Numbered from the stretch's first letter, positions 20,272-32,225 are shown. The stretch: 64,000 nt of DNA from Leptolyngbyaceae cyanobacterium (GCA_965263355.1 CBDHHL010000032.1:288001-352000); one strand, 5' to 3'. The notes: generated by a model not told the origin, from the letters alone. Translations and numbers: made by a program.

Positions 20272-20454
20272 TAATGCAGGATTTGAGTTCTCTTACGAGA
20301 TGTGTGTACACCTTAGCCTGGCTAGAGACATGCCCGAAGCTAGGAAAGTGATTGTCTTATACTGGGAATGTTGGTGGAAAAACATTCCGCTTTGAGCAGG
20401 TACTCTAATTTTAGAAATTCTGGTTCAGAGCTGGCATCACCCTACCGGGTACTA

Positions 20455-22203
20455 CTATGATATTTCAGCTGCCTCAGCCAAAGACTGTAGCTGCCAGGTA
20501 TGGTCTTCTGCGAGTCGTAATATTGACTGATGATAGTCTTCTAAAGACTGACGGTGCCCGACACTGATGTAAGCAGTTTTAGTCGCTGCTAGATGGCTAT
20601 ACAGTTGTTTTTCATTGTCACGGTCAAGGGCGCTAGTGGCTTCGTCCAAGATAGTATACTTGGGCTGATGGAGTAGCACACGGGCAAAGCTCAAACGCTG
20701 TTGTTCTCCTAGGGATAACACATCACTCCATTCTGCTTCGGCATCAAACCCACCAAAGCGGTCGTCTAAATCGTGCAGGTTGACTTGTTCTAATGCTGTT
20801 TTAAGCTGGGTGTCATTTAGTTCAATAGTAGGGTAAGGATAGAACAGTTGTTGGCGTAGACTGCCCAGAATCATATAAGGTTTTTGGGGTAAAAACAGCA
20901 GCTGTTCTAGAGCAGGACGTTGAATGGTGCCGGTGCCGGAGTTCCAGAGACCTGCGATCGCACGCATTAACGAACTCTTACCACAGCCGCTAGGCCCCAC
21001 GACCAGTAGGGAACTTTGGCTACTCAACTCAAGGGATAAATCTTCGATCAAGGTGCGTTGGTAATTAGGCGTTTGCAACGTCAAATTCTTGAGCATAAGC
21101 TCCGGTGCAACTTCACAGCTAATAACCAGGTTTTCAACCTGAGTGACCTCTGCTGCCAATACCTCTGTTTCTTCTGTGTTCTCAGAAGCTTCTTCAACCT
21201 GTCCTAGGGAACTAGCAAAATCATAAAGCCGATCAATCCCGGCTCCAAAGGCAGTCAACGATTGAAAGCGAGCAACGATTAAGTTAAGCGAGAAAAAGAC
21301 ACGAATAAACGCCCCCTGGGCTTCGCTAACTTTTCCAACCTCAATATCCCCATTAAAAATACCAGGGGCAACAACCAGGGCCGGGAGGATAAACGGAATA
21401 AACTCGTAGGCATTGGTAATACCATTAAGCCCCAACTCCCAACCTAGCAGTCGCTTGTAGTTATCAAACGCGGCCATAAATCGATTGTTAACCTGGGTCG
21501 CTTCCTGGTCTTCACCCTGATAAAAAGCAATAGCTTCAGCATTCTCACGCACCCGCACCAGACCAAAACGGAAATTGGCCTCTCGCTTAAGCTGTTCAAA
21601 GTTTAGGCGCACCAGGGGTTGCCCAAAAACACCCACCGTGGCCAGGGTGCCAATGATGGCGTAGGCAAGTAAAAAGAGTACTAATTCTCGGGAAATGCCA
21701 AGCAGTACGCCGCTAAAGGCAATAATTTCCAGTATTGAGTCGGATAAAACAAGAGCTAAGGTAAGGGATTCTTGAGTAAAATTTTTGACGTCTTCAGCGA
21801 TCCGCTGGTCAGGATTGTCAATGTCGGGATTGAATTGGTTAATACGATAAAACGCTCGCTCAGCAAAGTAGCGTTCGACAAAATTGGCAGTAAGCCAGCG
21901 TCGCCAGGCCAGACCCAGGCGATCGCGCAGGTAGGTGTAGCCTGCTAGAAGTGGTGCGTAGACGACCAGAACACCGATAAAAATAATCACGGTTTGCCAA
22001 AAGCGGGACTCGTTTTTGGCAGATAGGGCTGAGATCAGCTCACCCCGCTGGTTATTTAGAACAACGCTGAGGCCAGTGTAGGCCAAGAGTAGTAAAACAA
22101 TTAAGCACAAAAGGCCACGGGCTTTCCACTTTTCGTCGCTAAACCAATAGGTTTTGGCAATGGTCCAAAAGCGTTGGAAAATTTGAAGGTTAAAACGTTT
22201 CAT
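20455..22203 (-). CDS. ABCD-family (YddA/BacA-like) fused permease/ATPase
   Basis: DNPDQRIAED, RENAEAIAFY, GPSGCGKS, LSLGEQQR, LDEATSALD. Start reassigned to MKRFNL. Confidence 0.92.
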   Translation of the reverse strand: MKRFNLQIFQRFWTIAKTYWFSDEKWKARGLLCLIVLLLLAYTGLSVVLNNQRGELISALSAKNESRFWQTVIIFIGVLVVYAPLLAGYTYLRDRLGLAWRRWLTANFVERYFAERAFYRINQFNPDIDNPDQRIAEDVKNFTQESLTLALVLSDSILEIIAFSGVLLGISRELVLFLLAYAIIGTLATVGVFGQPLVRLNFEQLKREANFRFGLVRVRENAEAIAFYQGEDQEATQVNNRFMAAFDNYKRLLGWELGLNGITNAYEFIPFILPALVVAPGIFNGDIEVGKVSEAQGAFIRVFFSLNLIVARFQSLTAFGAGIDRLYDFASSLGQVEEASENTEETEVLAAEVTQVENLVISCEVAPELMLKNLTLQTPNYQRTLIEDLSLELSSQSSLLVVGPSGCGKSSLMRAIAGLWNSGTGTIQRPALEQLLFLPQKPYMILGSLRQQLFYPYPTIELNDTQLKTALEQVNLHDLDDRFGGFDAEAEWSDVLSLGEQQRLSFARVLLHQPKYTILDEATSALDRDNEKQLYSHLAATKTAYISVGHRQSLEDYHQSILRLAEDHTWQLQSLAEAAEIS

Positions 22204-22523
22204 ATAGGAAAGTTCATAGCCAGATGCAGATTTTGTTAGTTTAAGGGGTTTACGGATCGGCTGAGCAGCGAAATTGATTAGAAAAGGTTCCTTGACATCC
22301 AGCAAAGCGGCGTCAGCCTACCGTAGACTCAATGTCGTACGGCTGAACCAAAACTCGCTAAAGGGGCAAGGGCTTGTTAAAAATTACGCTTATTTGCAGA
22401 GTCGGAACGTGACCCTGCAAATAAGCGTACTAAGTATTCCTAATTGTATTAAGTTTAGGGGTACGGTGGGAGCGATTATCTGTGCTCTGATCTGGTTTCC
22501 ACAGAAGATTCAGGGCTTAAAAC

Positions 22524-23343
22524 TCAAATTGTTTTCTCCAGGTAAAACTGTCCTAGAAAGAATCGTAATTGCTGTTGGGTTTGCCAAATATAATCCGTTG
22601 GATTCCACAGATCTCGCAACCCATAATCAATTAGCTGAACAGGAACAAGTCGCTCTCTCCGTTCAACTAGCATCATTTGTTCTAAAACCCAAGGATCACG
22701 AGAGTATTCTGGATGCCCTGAAAAGACTAGAATATGACCGCCCAGTATCCAGCCCAAGTATTCTGTTACTCCACTGGCACCTAAGGAAACAGCGCCAGGA
22801 GGTAGCTGGGTAATCCCGTCATTATGGTGAACGTGAATCCCATAGTCAGTACGCTCAGTGCCAAAATAGGTCTGAGCAGCTTCTGTTAGCTGAATAGTAA
22901 CAACGGATAGCTCAGTGCCAGAGGGATTCTTCTCTACCTTACCCCCCCAGGGCCTGGGCAACAATTTGGGGGGCAAACGAAAACCCGGATATGCGTATTT
23001 GTTGTTGATGGTAGTCTCTAATCACTTCCCGTAGTCGAACGACCCAGTCATCTTGATCGTAAGCAGCGTTAGCAGATCCCGAAATCACAATGCCAGCCAG
23101 ATTAGCCAGATCTTGTTCACTGGGATAGTGAAACTTACGGGGTTCAAATTTAATTAACTCTATGCCATTGAGGTCTACTCCACCTAGGTCTTCTGGCAAA
23201 CTCTTATGACACACATCAGTAAATAGCTGCTGATACATGTCATAAAAGCCGTCAGGATAACGCTCTAAAATCTCAGGTGCCCACCACCGGAGGTCATCGG
23301 TACCCACATCAAAACTGGCGAGACGAAGGGTTTGGGACGGCAT
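22524..23343 (-). pseudogene. Class I glutamine amidotransferase-like gene, +1 frameshift in a G7 run
   Basis: GIVISGS, GFSFAPQIVAQALGG | KVEKNP, HHNDGI, GHPEY; the two ORFs join across the C7 run at 22942-22948. Confidence 0.8.
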
Positions 23344-23385
23344 AGGTAGACCAGCTCAATGTTTGGGGGCTTTGATACCTGATAG

Positions 23386-24300
23386 CTAATCTAGTGCATC
23401 GGCACAGTAGTCAGCTAAAAATGGAGTGCGATAGCCATCCTGGGACCATAATATTGGATAGTAACTTTCATCTATCTCTAAACTGTCTTTCTGGCGATAG
23501 CGTTCAAAGATATAACCGTCACCAATACCAGGTAACTGGAATTTAGCATGGCCCGCCAGGGAACTGATGGCTAAACTACGGCGGGTTTTAGTTTCGCTAA
23601 CATTTTGACCAGACCCACGCCAGAGATTACCATGGAGAAAAACAGCACTGCCGGGGGGCAACACGATGGGAACAATCTGTGGAGAGTCAATACCCACTTC
23701 ACTAGCGGCATCCCAGAGAGGCTTACGATAGTCTTCTTTCGGCGCATGGAGAAAGCGTACTTTATCTGTGCAGTCCCAAAAATGAGAACCGGGAACAATT
23801 TCTAATGAGCCGGTCTTTAGTGCTACATCACTTAAGGCAATCCAACAGGTAACCGTAGACGGAGGGGCAATACTGGAGGTATAGGTATTGTTACGATGGA
23901 AGTAGACCTCAGGGGCGTTGGGTGGCTTAATCCAACAGGCGTCGAGACCGTAGCGGGCTGAGGTCCACCCCATCAGGGTGGCATTGAGACGGGCAATGGT
24001 AGCAGATAGGGTGAAGCTAGCGAGGGTGCGATCGCAACGCCACAATCCAGTCATGTGCTGGGTTGCATTTGGCTGACTCAGACCAGGACGACCATACCAT
24101 TCATCTGGATAAATTCCGGTTTCGAACTGGGTATTAAACAACGGATCAAACCGTTCAACAACTTGCTCTATTTGTTGTGGGGTCAACAGATTATCAAAAA
24201 TGAGATACCCTTGCTGGTGAAACAATTCTATTTGAGTAGTGGTAATATCTAACGGGGATACTTGCCCCAAGGCATCCGGACTAAGAGTGGCAGGTTCCAT
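23386..24300 (-). CDS. Phytanoyl-CoA dioxygenase (PhyH) family protein with degenerate Fe site
   Basis: FHQQGYL, TCWIAL, GSLEIVPGSH; HxD...H is replaced by HRN...R. Confidence 0.85.
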   Translation of the reverse strand: MEPATLSPDALGQVSPLDITTTQIELFHQQGYLIFDNLLTPQQIEQVVERFDPLFNTQFETGIYPDEWYGRPGLSQPNATQHMTGLWRCDRTLASFTLSATIARLNATLMGWTSARYGLDACWIKPPNAPEVYFHRNNTYTSSIAPPSTVTCWIALSDVALKTGSLEIVPGSHFWDCTDKVRFLHAPKEDYRKPLWDAASEVGIDSPQIVPIVLPPGSAVFLHGNLWRGSGQNVSETKTRRSLAISSLAGHAKFQLPGIGDGYIFERYRQKDSLEIDESYYPILWSQDGYRTPFLADYCADALD

Positions 24301-24302
24301 AG

Positions 24303-24662
24303 TTAATAATCCTTTAGAAACGATGTACGATAACCGTCTTCGCGCCAGACGATAGGGAAAAAGCTTTCGCCCATAGTATTGTCGCCATGGCGACGATATT
24401 TGCCAGCAATATAACCCCCCGGTACATAGGAGCCGAAGGGCTTAAACTGAGCATTAGCAGACACATAGGCCAGTACCATACTGCGACGGACAACATCCAT
24501 CGTATTTTTGCCGGAACCGTGCCAAGTGTTGCCATGGTGGAAAACTCCACCGCCAGGAGCGATATTAAGTTGTACGACGTCAGGGTTATCTACACCCGCT
24601 AGTGTAACGGCTTGTTTCATTTCTGAACGATAATTTTTATTCTGGTTGTGAAATTCAGGCAC
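24303..24662 (-). pseudogene. 5'-truncated PhyH paralog
   Basis: C-terminal half only: PGGGVFHHGNTWHGSGKN...RRS...FFPIVW..DGYRTSFL; aligns with the downstream gene. Confidence 0.8.
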
Positions 24663-25053
24663 TGCTGTTGAGAATTATCAATGTTGAGACCCTTAGACAT
24701 ATTCAATTTCAATCGTAATTGTCATCAATATCCGCTTTCTCGATTGCCTTGCCAACAAAGGTCATCGTGTATGACTCTGGCTAAATTAACTAAATTAATT
24801 AAACGTGTCTAACCTAGATCAATTTGTTATACCAAGAGTATGAAACGCAAATCTTGATAGGACTGTATTCGTTATTACTGAACAGTCTCCATGATATCCG
24901 TTGTTACAATTTATGGTGAATCCTTTCCTGGCTACGACCAATGGCTGGGATGTAGCAAATTACCTGCACTGCCTCGAAAAAATCACATTTGGTTGAAGGT
25001 GTTGTTAAAGCGGGTGAAACAATTCAGTCACTAAATTGAAGCATTATGAAGCA

Positions 25054-25923
25054 TTACCAGAAAAACTTTAGTAATGCATCCACGAACTCTTCCGGTGCAT
25101 CTTGCTGTATCCAGTGGGATGCATTTTCGATGGGTTTAAATACAGCTTCAGGAATTTCTGTTGCCAACTGTTTTCCATCCTCTGCTTTTTGCCAGGGGTC
25201 ATCCATGCCCCAAAGAATCATCGTAGGGGCAGAAATTTTTCCATGGCGGTCTACCAGGGCCATGGTTTGATTTGCATTTAATGCAGATGCATTGCGTAAT
25301 AAACTGAGCTTACCTTCTTCACTAGCCCAGGGCGCAATCATGCCTTCTCTAAAGTCAGCGGTTAGTCGCTCAGGACGAGCAAGCCCCATGGCCAAACTCT
25401 CTTCTAGGGCGGCCACTAAGTCCTCAATGGGTCGGGGTTTCCAGCGTAAGGGATGACCAAAGTCAAGCATGTCATCATCAAATCGGTCATAGCAGACAGA
25501 GTTGCTAATCACCAGCTGATTTACCACCTGGGCATGTTCGATGGCCAAAATCAGGGCAACGGCTCCACCGGTATCATGACCAACGACATGTACTTGAGAC
25601 AGGTCTAATGCATTTAACAGCGCCAGGATCATTTTGGCCTGATCTTGAAACGAACGGTCAAAGCGATCGCGCCTATCTGACCAACCGTGACCCAAAAAAT
25701 CTGGTGCAATCACCCGATAGCCTGCCTCCACCAGAGGAGGAATTACAGCATGGTAAAGATAGCCCCAGGTAGGAATTCCATGCATGAGCAGAATGGTGCC
25801 GGTTTGGTCAGTCCCAATATCTACATAGCGAATCTTGACCGGGATATGGGCTACGGTATTAGCGAGTAGTTCAATCTCTTGCTGGGCATTTTTGTAATCT
25901 TGCCAGGTAGTCCAAAATGTCAT
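25054..25923 (-). CDS. Alpha/beta hydrolase (epoxide hydrolase/haloalkane dehalogenase-like)
   Basis: HGIP, PDFLGHGWS, nucleophile elbow GHDTGG, WG..D, ASHW. Confidence 0.9.
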   Translation of the reverse strand: MTFWTTWQDYKNAQQEIELLANTVAHIPVKIRYVDIGTDQTGTILLMHGIPTWGYLYHAVIPPLVEAGYRVIAPDFLGHGWSDRRDRFDRSFQDQAKMILALLNALDLSQVHVVGHDTGGAVALILAIEHAQVVNQLVISNSVCYDRFDDDMLDFGHPLRWKPRPIEDLVAALEESLAMGLARPERLTADFREGMIAPWASEEGKLSLLRNASALNANQTMALVDRHGKISAPTMILWGMDDPWQKAEDGKQLATEIPEAVFKPIENASHWIQQDAPEEFVDALLKFFW

Positions 25924-26274
25924 GGGAATCGCCTTATGGATTGAATTGCCTTTGGCGGGCTAGCACTATAGAAATTGACTAGAATCGATTGCGATCGCAA
26001 TCATTTTCTACGTTCAGGCTGTTTTAATCATTACAAATGTATCAATTAAGCAATGAGTATATTCACCATTGCTTTTAAATTATCTAGTGATGAGTACCCT
26101 ACCATGGTAGATTAAAAGCCTTTTTCAATTCAGAATGCTGCCTGACAAGGATCTACAGTTAATACCTACGTGAGTGCGAATACTGATTTCAGATGAAACT
26201 AGCGCAGAGGAAAATTATGGTAATTATCCAATGATGCCTATAGCGTTTCAGCCCAAAAAACTGATTTCGCATCT

Positions 26275-28008
26275 ATGAATCAGCAAAGCTGCCCTCTATC
26301 TAAATTCACTAAACCAGTTCACTTTATCTTCAAAGGTATAGCCAATAGATCCAAGCTGCTGTTAAAGGCCCAGCAATTAAGTATTGGTCAGAAGATATAT
26401 CTGGGTTATGGCATTGCTTTAGGGATTGCTGCGTCTGGAGTGATGTTAGGGTTACTGGTAGGGGACCTTGTTCAGCGAAATGCTAAACGCAAACTGAGAA
26501 AGGCGACCCATCAAACGGCTTTGATGTCGCGTTTACTACTCATCAGCAACCAATTCCAACCTCAACGGGAGTTTATCCCGGTACGGCGTAATCAAGCTCG
26601 TTTGACCAGGGCAAAAAATGATTTTGAAGAACGCGTTAATGCGGTTGAGCAATTGCTAATCGAGATCACTCAAGCCACTCCCCTAAACACAGACAGTTCA
26701 ACCCATGTCTTTCTCGATGCCTACGAAACCGTCTTTACCGACTATATTGCTGAGCAAAGAGACATCATCAATACCGAACTGGATGCTGCTGACCAAAACC
26801 TCAGTGATGCCGAACGTGCTGACAAGCTTGAACGTGAGTTAAATGACTTTGTTGTTCGTCCTGTATCGGTTCGCTTCTCTCGGTATACTAACGAAATTGC
26901 CAGTTTGCTTGAAGCTGCCAATCAAGACAGCATAGCTGCCCAAGCTGCGTTTGCCCAAGCCAACAGTTTACGGGCTTATATTATTGTGAGTAGCCTATTG
27001 TTATCAATTGTGCTTGCAGCCATTTTGGCACTATTCACTGGCCAAGCCATTATTCGCCCCATTCGCCAGGTTACGAGTGTTGCTCAAATTGTTACAGAAA
27101 CCGGCGACTTTAAACAACGTGTGCCAGAGATAATTGGTCGAGGCGAAACAGCCGTACTCTCTAGTGCACTTAACCAGTTAATTGCTTGGGTTGATAAATA
27201 TACACAAGAACTTAAGCAAGCCCAGACTCAGCTAATTCAAACTGAGAAAATGTCCAGTTTAGGACAAATGGTAGCAGGCGTTGCTCACGAGATTAACAAT
27301 CCTGTTAGTTTTATTGCTGGTAATTTGCCCCATATTAATGCCTATGCCGAGGATTTGATAAAACTGATACAGCTTTATGAAGCCTCTATGGTGGATCCTC
27401 CAACTGAAATTGAGAAGTTGTCTGATGAAATTGACCTCGATTTTTTGAAAGAAGATTTACCAAAAATACTAAGCTCTATGGATATAGGAGTAGAGCGCAT
27501 TCGAAAAATTGTTTTGTCGTTGCGTATTTTTTCTCGGATTGATGTGTCAACATCCAAAGAAATAGATATTCATGAAGGCATTGACAACACATTGGTTTTA
27601 TTAGGTAATCGATTGAAATACGGGATCGATGTTATTAAAGACTATGGTGAACTGCCACTTATTGAATGTTATCCCGCTCAGCTTAATCAGGTGTTTATGA
27701 ATTTACTCACCAATGCTATTGATGTATTGTTGGAAGTCCCCGAGCAAGAGCATAAGCAGATTGTTATTCGTACAGAGACTAAACCCACGGAAATTTTAAT
27801 TGCGATTCAAGATAATGGTAAAGGAATTCCCAACGAATTAAAGAAAAAACTCTTTGATCCATTTTTTACAACTAAGCCAGTGGGCAAGGGAACAGGCTTG
27901 GGGTTGGCCATCAGCTATAAGATTGTTGAAAGACACGATGGCACAATAGAGGTGGATTCCCGGCAGGGGCAAGGGACTACGTTTACAATTAGGATTCCTA
28001 AAAAATAA
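26275..28008 (+). CDS. Membrane HAMP sensor histidine kinase
   Basis: Two TMs around a periplasmic region; [34 protein letters not shown]. Confidence 0.93.
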   Translation: MNQQSCPLSKFTKPVHFIFKGIANRSKLLLKAQQLSIGQKIYLGYGIALGIAASGVMLGLLVGDLVQRNAKRKLRKATHQTALMSRLLLISNQFQPQREFIPVRRNQARLTRAKNDFEERVNAVEQLLIEITQATPLNTDSSTHVFLDAYETVFTDYIAEQRDIINTELDAADQNLSDAERADKLERELNDFVVRPVSVRFSRYTNEIASLLEAANQDSIAAQAAFAQANSLRAYIIVSSLLLSIVLAAILALFTGQAIIRPIRQVTSVAQIVTETGDFKQRVPEIIGRGETAVLSSALNQLIAWVDKYTQELKQAQTQLIQTEKMSSLGQMVAGVAHEINNPVSFIAGNLPHINAYAEDLIKLIQLYEASMVDPPTEIEKLSDEIDLDFLKEDLPKILSSMDIGVERIRKIVLSLRIFSRIDVSTSKEIDIHEGIDNTLVLLGNRLKYGIDVIKDYGELPLIECYPAQLNQVFMNLLTNAIDVLLEVPEQEHKQIVIRTETKPTEILIAIQDNGKGIPNELKKKLFDPFFTTKPVGKGTGLGLAISYKIVERHDGTIEVDSRQGQGTTFTIRIPKK

Positions 28009-28112
28009 GTAAAAATACGATTTTAACGGATGCGAAAAACGGCTATAGAAGAGTAAGTTAAGTTGATTTATCGATTTCTGTTCTTATTCTATAAATATAG
28101 TTTTGACCTACG

Positions 28113-28943
28113 ATGATGACTTGCCTTAAACATTCAAGACGATCGTTTTTGAAATTTTGTAGCGGTTTTCTGCTTTCCATAACGGTGACTGCTTGTTTGT
28201 CCAATGCCCAAACTAACAAGGTTGACTCATTGGTTGTGGGATTGAGCTACGATACGCCTCCTTGGGGATTTGAGGATGAATCTGGCGAGTTAGTAGGGTT
28301 TGAAATTGATCTAGCAACGGCAATTGCGAAGTCTTTAGGGGTAGAACTGGAATTTAGGGATGTCCCCTTTATAGATTTGTTCCCTGCCGTTTCGTCTGGA
28401 CGAATTGATGTGGCAATGGCAGCAATCACAATTAACGATGAACGACTTGAAACAGTTGATTTTAGCCAACCCTACTATGACAGCGATCTGTCGTTGACAG
28501 CCAGAGCAGATGGAGATTTGAAGGTATTAGAAGATTTAGAGGGTAGGGCTGTCGCTGTGGACGGGGGGACTACTGGCGAGGCCTGGGTTGAGCAGAACCA
28601 AGAGCAATACCAAATTAGTGAGATTGTGCGATATGAAGGCAGTTCTTCGAGCGCTATGGATGATCTGGAAGCTGGACGGTTAGATGGTTATGTGATGGAT
28701 ATACCCATGGCACTTTACCACTCTAAATCACGACCTACCCTTGAGGTGGTTGAGCGCATTCAAACAGGTGAGCAATATGGTTTGATGTTTGCTAAGGGTA
28801 ATTCCCTGCGTGATGAGTTTAATGATGTTATTACCGAACTAAAGCGAGATGGCACCCTAGCTACAATTCATGAGAAGTGGTTTGGTAAAGCGCCAGGGCC
28901 AGAAACGTCTACAGTGGTCGTGATGCCGTTACCAAGTTTGTAA
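28113..28943 (+). CDS. Polar amino-acid ABC substrate-binding lipoprotein (family 3)
   Basis: GFEIDLA, ITINDER..VDFSQPYY, GTT, IHEKWF; SRRSFLK twin-Arg and VTAC lipobox. Confidence 0.92.
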   Translation: MMTCLKHSRRSFLKFCSGFLLSITVTACLSNAQTNKVDSLVVGLSYDTPPWGFEDESGELVGFEIDLATAIAKSLGVELEFRDVPFIDLFPAVSSGRIDVAMAAITINDERLETVDFSQPYYDSDLSLTARADGDLKVLEDLEGRAVAVDGGTTGEAWVEQNQEQYQISEIVRYEGSSSSAMDDLEAGRLDGYVMDIPMALYHSKSRPTLEVVERIQTGEQYGLMFAKGNSLRDEFNDVITELKRDGTLATIHEKWFGKAPGPETSTVVVMPLPSL

Positions 28944-29037
28944 GCCCGTGTGCACAGATAATTGGCATGGAAAAAATACATAAGCCGGGATGCCGGGATG
29001 GATGCGATCGCACAATCACTGGCTTGTCAGTTCGCAA

Positions 29038-29540
29038 CTATCTTAAAAAAGTATCAACAAACTGGTGTAGCTGACGTTTTGAATTATTGTAATGCACCTC
29101 ATTATTGCCATTGGGCGGATGAGCACATCGCAAGCCATAGGCCGCTGTATACACTACTGCAGCGCCTAATACTTGACGTTCTTCCTGTGAGAATGGCTGC
29201 CCCCGTTCTGTTTCATAGGTCCCAACAAATTTCAGGACCTCGTTTACACCCACTGCTTTCTTAGGCGGCCCATACGCCAATCGTGGTAAAAGCATCGGGC
29301 TGCACCACCGACAAAGCAGGGTTCCAGCCCTACCCGCAGGGAGTCCCAGTCATAAACACAGTTTAGTTTTCCCTGACGAAAGCTCATATTCTGTAATGAC
29401 CAATCGGAGTGTCCGATGACCAGGGACCCAGTTGCCCCCCGTAAAATCTGTTTTGCTTGACGAGCAAGATCGTCAATCCACTCTGCCCCTGCTGCTGTTT
29501 TTTCAAAGTCAAACAGAACATTGTGGGGTTTATCCTGCAT
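29038..29540 (-). pseudogene. APH-family phosphotransferase 3' fragment, frameshifted
   Basis: HSDWSLQN and YDWD motifs; continues in a second frame; 5' end missing next to the IS. Confidence 0.65.
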
Positions 29541-29592
29541 TATTCATGACTCTACGCTAAAAACGCCTGAATCTTTTACCTTGCAAGCGATT

Positions 29593-31428
29593 TAGCGATT
29601 TCATGTTTTCGACAGTGTGTTTTTATCATGAAAGCTGCAGACTACTTCATGACGGGGTAGGTCTTTCGCTAAAAACGCCATGTTAGGTAATCCACCCTAA
29701 ATCTTTTAGCTTGGGCTTGACTGCCTTCAAGAAAGTTTACACAGGATTCTTAGGGAATATTGCTGTAAAGTGCAACGTTCTATGAACCCCTATTTGAGCA
29801 TCAAGTGGTGAGCTACCCCTCCCAATCCCTGATTTAATGTCGTTTTCAGCATCAGCTCCCTGACGAGGGGGCAAATAAGCAGATTTTAGAATTGCTTTAA
29901 TTATGAAAATGCCCCCTAATTCATGGAAACGATAGACTTCTTTACAAAGCCTCAGTCGACCACGCATCGTCAGTATGAGGCCCTCCGTGCGTTCTATGTC
30001 GAGGGCCAATCAGCCGCAGAGGTGGCAGCGGCATTTGGCTATACGGTCTCATCGTTTTATTCGCTCAATCGAGACTTTAAACAACGGCTGGAGACGTCTG
30101 AGGCGAGTGAGCAATTCTTCGCAAATCCCGTAAAAGGGCGCAAACCAAAAGACGTCACCGGTACGGTTGAGGCACTCATTATCCAGTTACGTCAACAATC
30201 TCTGTCAGTGCCTGATATCAAGGCAACCTTGGATGCACAATCCTATCGTGTTTCTGAGAGCACGATTTACACGGTACTCAAACAAGCCGGATTTGAACGA
30301 TTGCCTCGACGCTCCCGTAACCAAAGCCGTGCAGCGTTATCATCGCTAGAACTGAGTGCACCGACTAGCAAACCGCTGACGTATCTCAATGAGACATTTA
30401 GTACGCAACACAGTATCGGATTATTAGGGTTGTTACCCTATTTGCAGCAGTATGGTATTGACCAAGCGATTGTCAATTCTGATTACCCTGAAACCCAAGC
30501 CGTGAATCGATTAAGCTCTATCTTGAGTTTTGTTGCCTTGAAACTATCCAATATTCGACGCTACGGGGCCGATGATCTGTGGTGTATGGATCGGGGATTA
30601 GGGTTGTTTGCGGGGCTCAATGTACTGCCCAAAACCGCCTGGTTTTCCGCCTATTCGTATCGGGTTAGTCGGGCGATGAATCACACCTTTCTCAAAGCCT
30701 TAAACGGCATTTGGCAACAACATGGATTACTCTCAGAGAGTGCTAATCTAGATTTCACCACCCTGCCCATTGGGGAGAAGTCAGGGGAAATAATCGCTCA
30801 CGAGTCTTTTGGCGGTGTTTGACCCTGATACTGGTGATTACCTATGGCGATACCAGGCATCAGACTAAAAACAAGGTTGTCCTCGAATTTGATTTCTATC
30901 ATACTCATCATAACCATACCCTCAACTATTTGATTTTTGATAGCAAATTCACCACCTATGAACAACTTAAACAACTCGATGAACTACCCAACCCCATTAA
31001 GTTCATTACTATCCGTCGTCGAGGCAAACGAATCGTTGACGAACTCAATGCCCTTCCCAAATCTGCGTGGAAAACGACACGAGATTCCAAGTGGTTTTTC
31101 TGCAGGGCTATGGAAAGGACATTCGGCAACTCGCCATCGCTGGGACCGGGCGGATTCTATCGATTTTGACCTGTCTAGCGACCCTGGATCTGAACACATT
31201 CAATTTTTCCATCTCAACCGAATGGTGATCAATCATAATCTTTATCGCCTGCTAGGGATTTACAGGGCTAGTAGATCAATTCAGGGCGCAGGCTTTCTGA
31301 GGAGATCTCAATTTCGATGAAAAAGAAACGATCTCCTGCTGAATGCACTTGAACCGTTTCATAATTCGCAGCAGATGCTTCCTCATAGCTCTGATAATTA
31401 GGGGCTTTTTTTCAACATGAAAATGCTG
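29593..31428 (+). mobile_element. Degenerate insertion sequence with fragmented transposase (29923-31169 and beyond)
   Basis: HTH N-terminus (RQYEALRAFY), LDF, FDSKFT, FITIRRRG in shifted frames; candidate TIRs TAGCGATTTCATGTT / AACATGAAAATGCTG (12/15 match). Confidence 0.65.
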
Positions 31429-32225
31429 ATATCGATAGCATCAAGGCACTCAATCCTTGACACCTACTATAATCTTGTTTAGCTTTCAGGAATGCCAAGT
31501 GCTGTGAAACCACTATTGATGCAAAATTGACCATTCATCATCTTTGCAAGCTCAATAGAGCAATACTTAAGCCTAGCGAGGATTTCTTTCTATGATTTGC
31601 AAATCTGGAAGGCTTACGATACCCCCATGGACACAGTCTGCAATTTCCCTGAATTTCTTGTAGATATCCTTTGGGTGATATCTGGATACAGTTTGGCCAA
31701 CCCAAGTTTGATCATTTCACCCTGATCGCAGTACTATTTCTCTACCCCGTTAAGCTAATTATTCTATCCAATTTTTTTGTCCTAAAAGTGCAGCCTAATT
31801 CTCTAAATCCTTTATCCTGAAGGCTTTTCATCCTGCATCGAATCAGTTTGCGGATATGAAGATATTACGATACTCTTGGGGTGATTGAGGGAGCACCAGT
31901 CCATATATGGATCCGATGTCTAACCGAGCCTGCAGCTTTATAAAAGCTTGTCTGGCTAAAATGGTCTGGCAAAACACGCCCTTATTGACCTTAAAGGTCT
32001 TTTCTAGGGAAAGCGTATAGACTCCGTCAAGCATGGCCAACACGCGCCATTGCTTTGGTTTTGATGTTTTACATTTGCCTTGCACTAAAGCTGTTGGCAA
32101 TATCCATAACACTCACTTCTTATGGGGCTACAGTGTCAGTTTTCTTTGTATAACATAAGTCAGCTCACTAAGAATCATCCTTCCAGCCGTTCGTTCAGAT
32201 ATCTCATTACGCTATTCCAAAATCT

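Noticed and set aside
22274..22813. 179-aa plus-strand ORF
   Set aside because: Overlaps the GATase antisense; no motifs; TTG start.
26093..26111. Additional island-palindrome sites (here, and at 35424, 41189, 43917, 54179, 56608)
   Set aside because: Half-sites or wrong spacer length; not counted without a PWM test.
31440..32112. Short ORFs here and at 40484, 48727, 52346, 54250, 58293
   Set aside because: No motif, RBS or context support; possibly gene debris.
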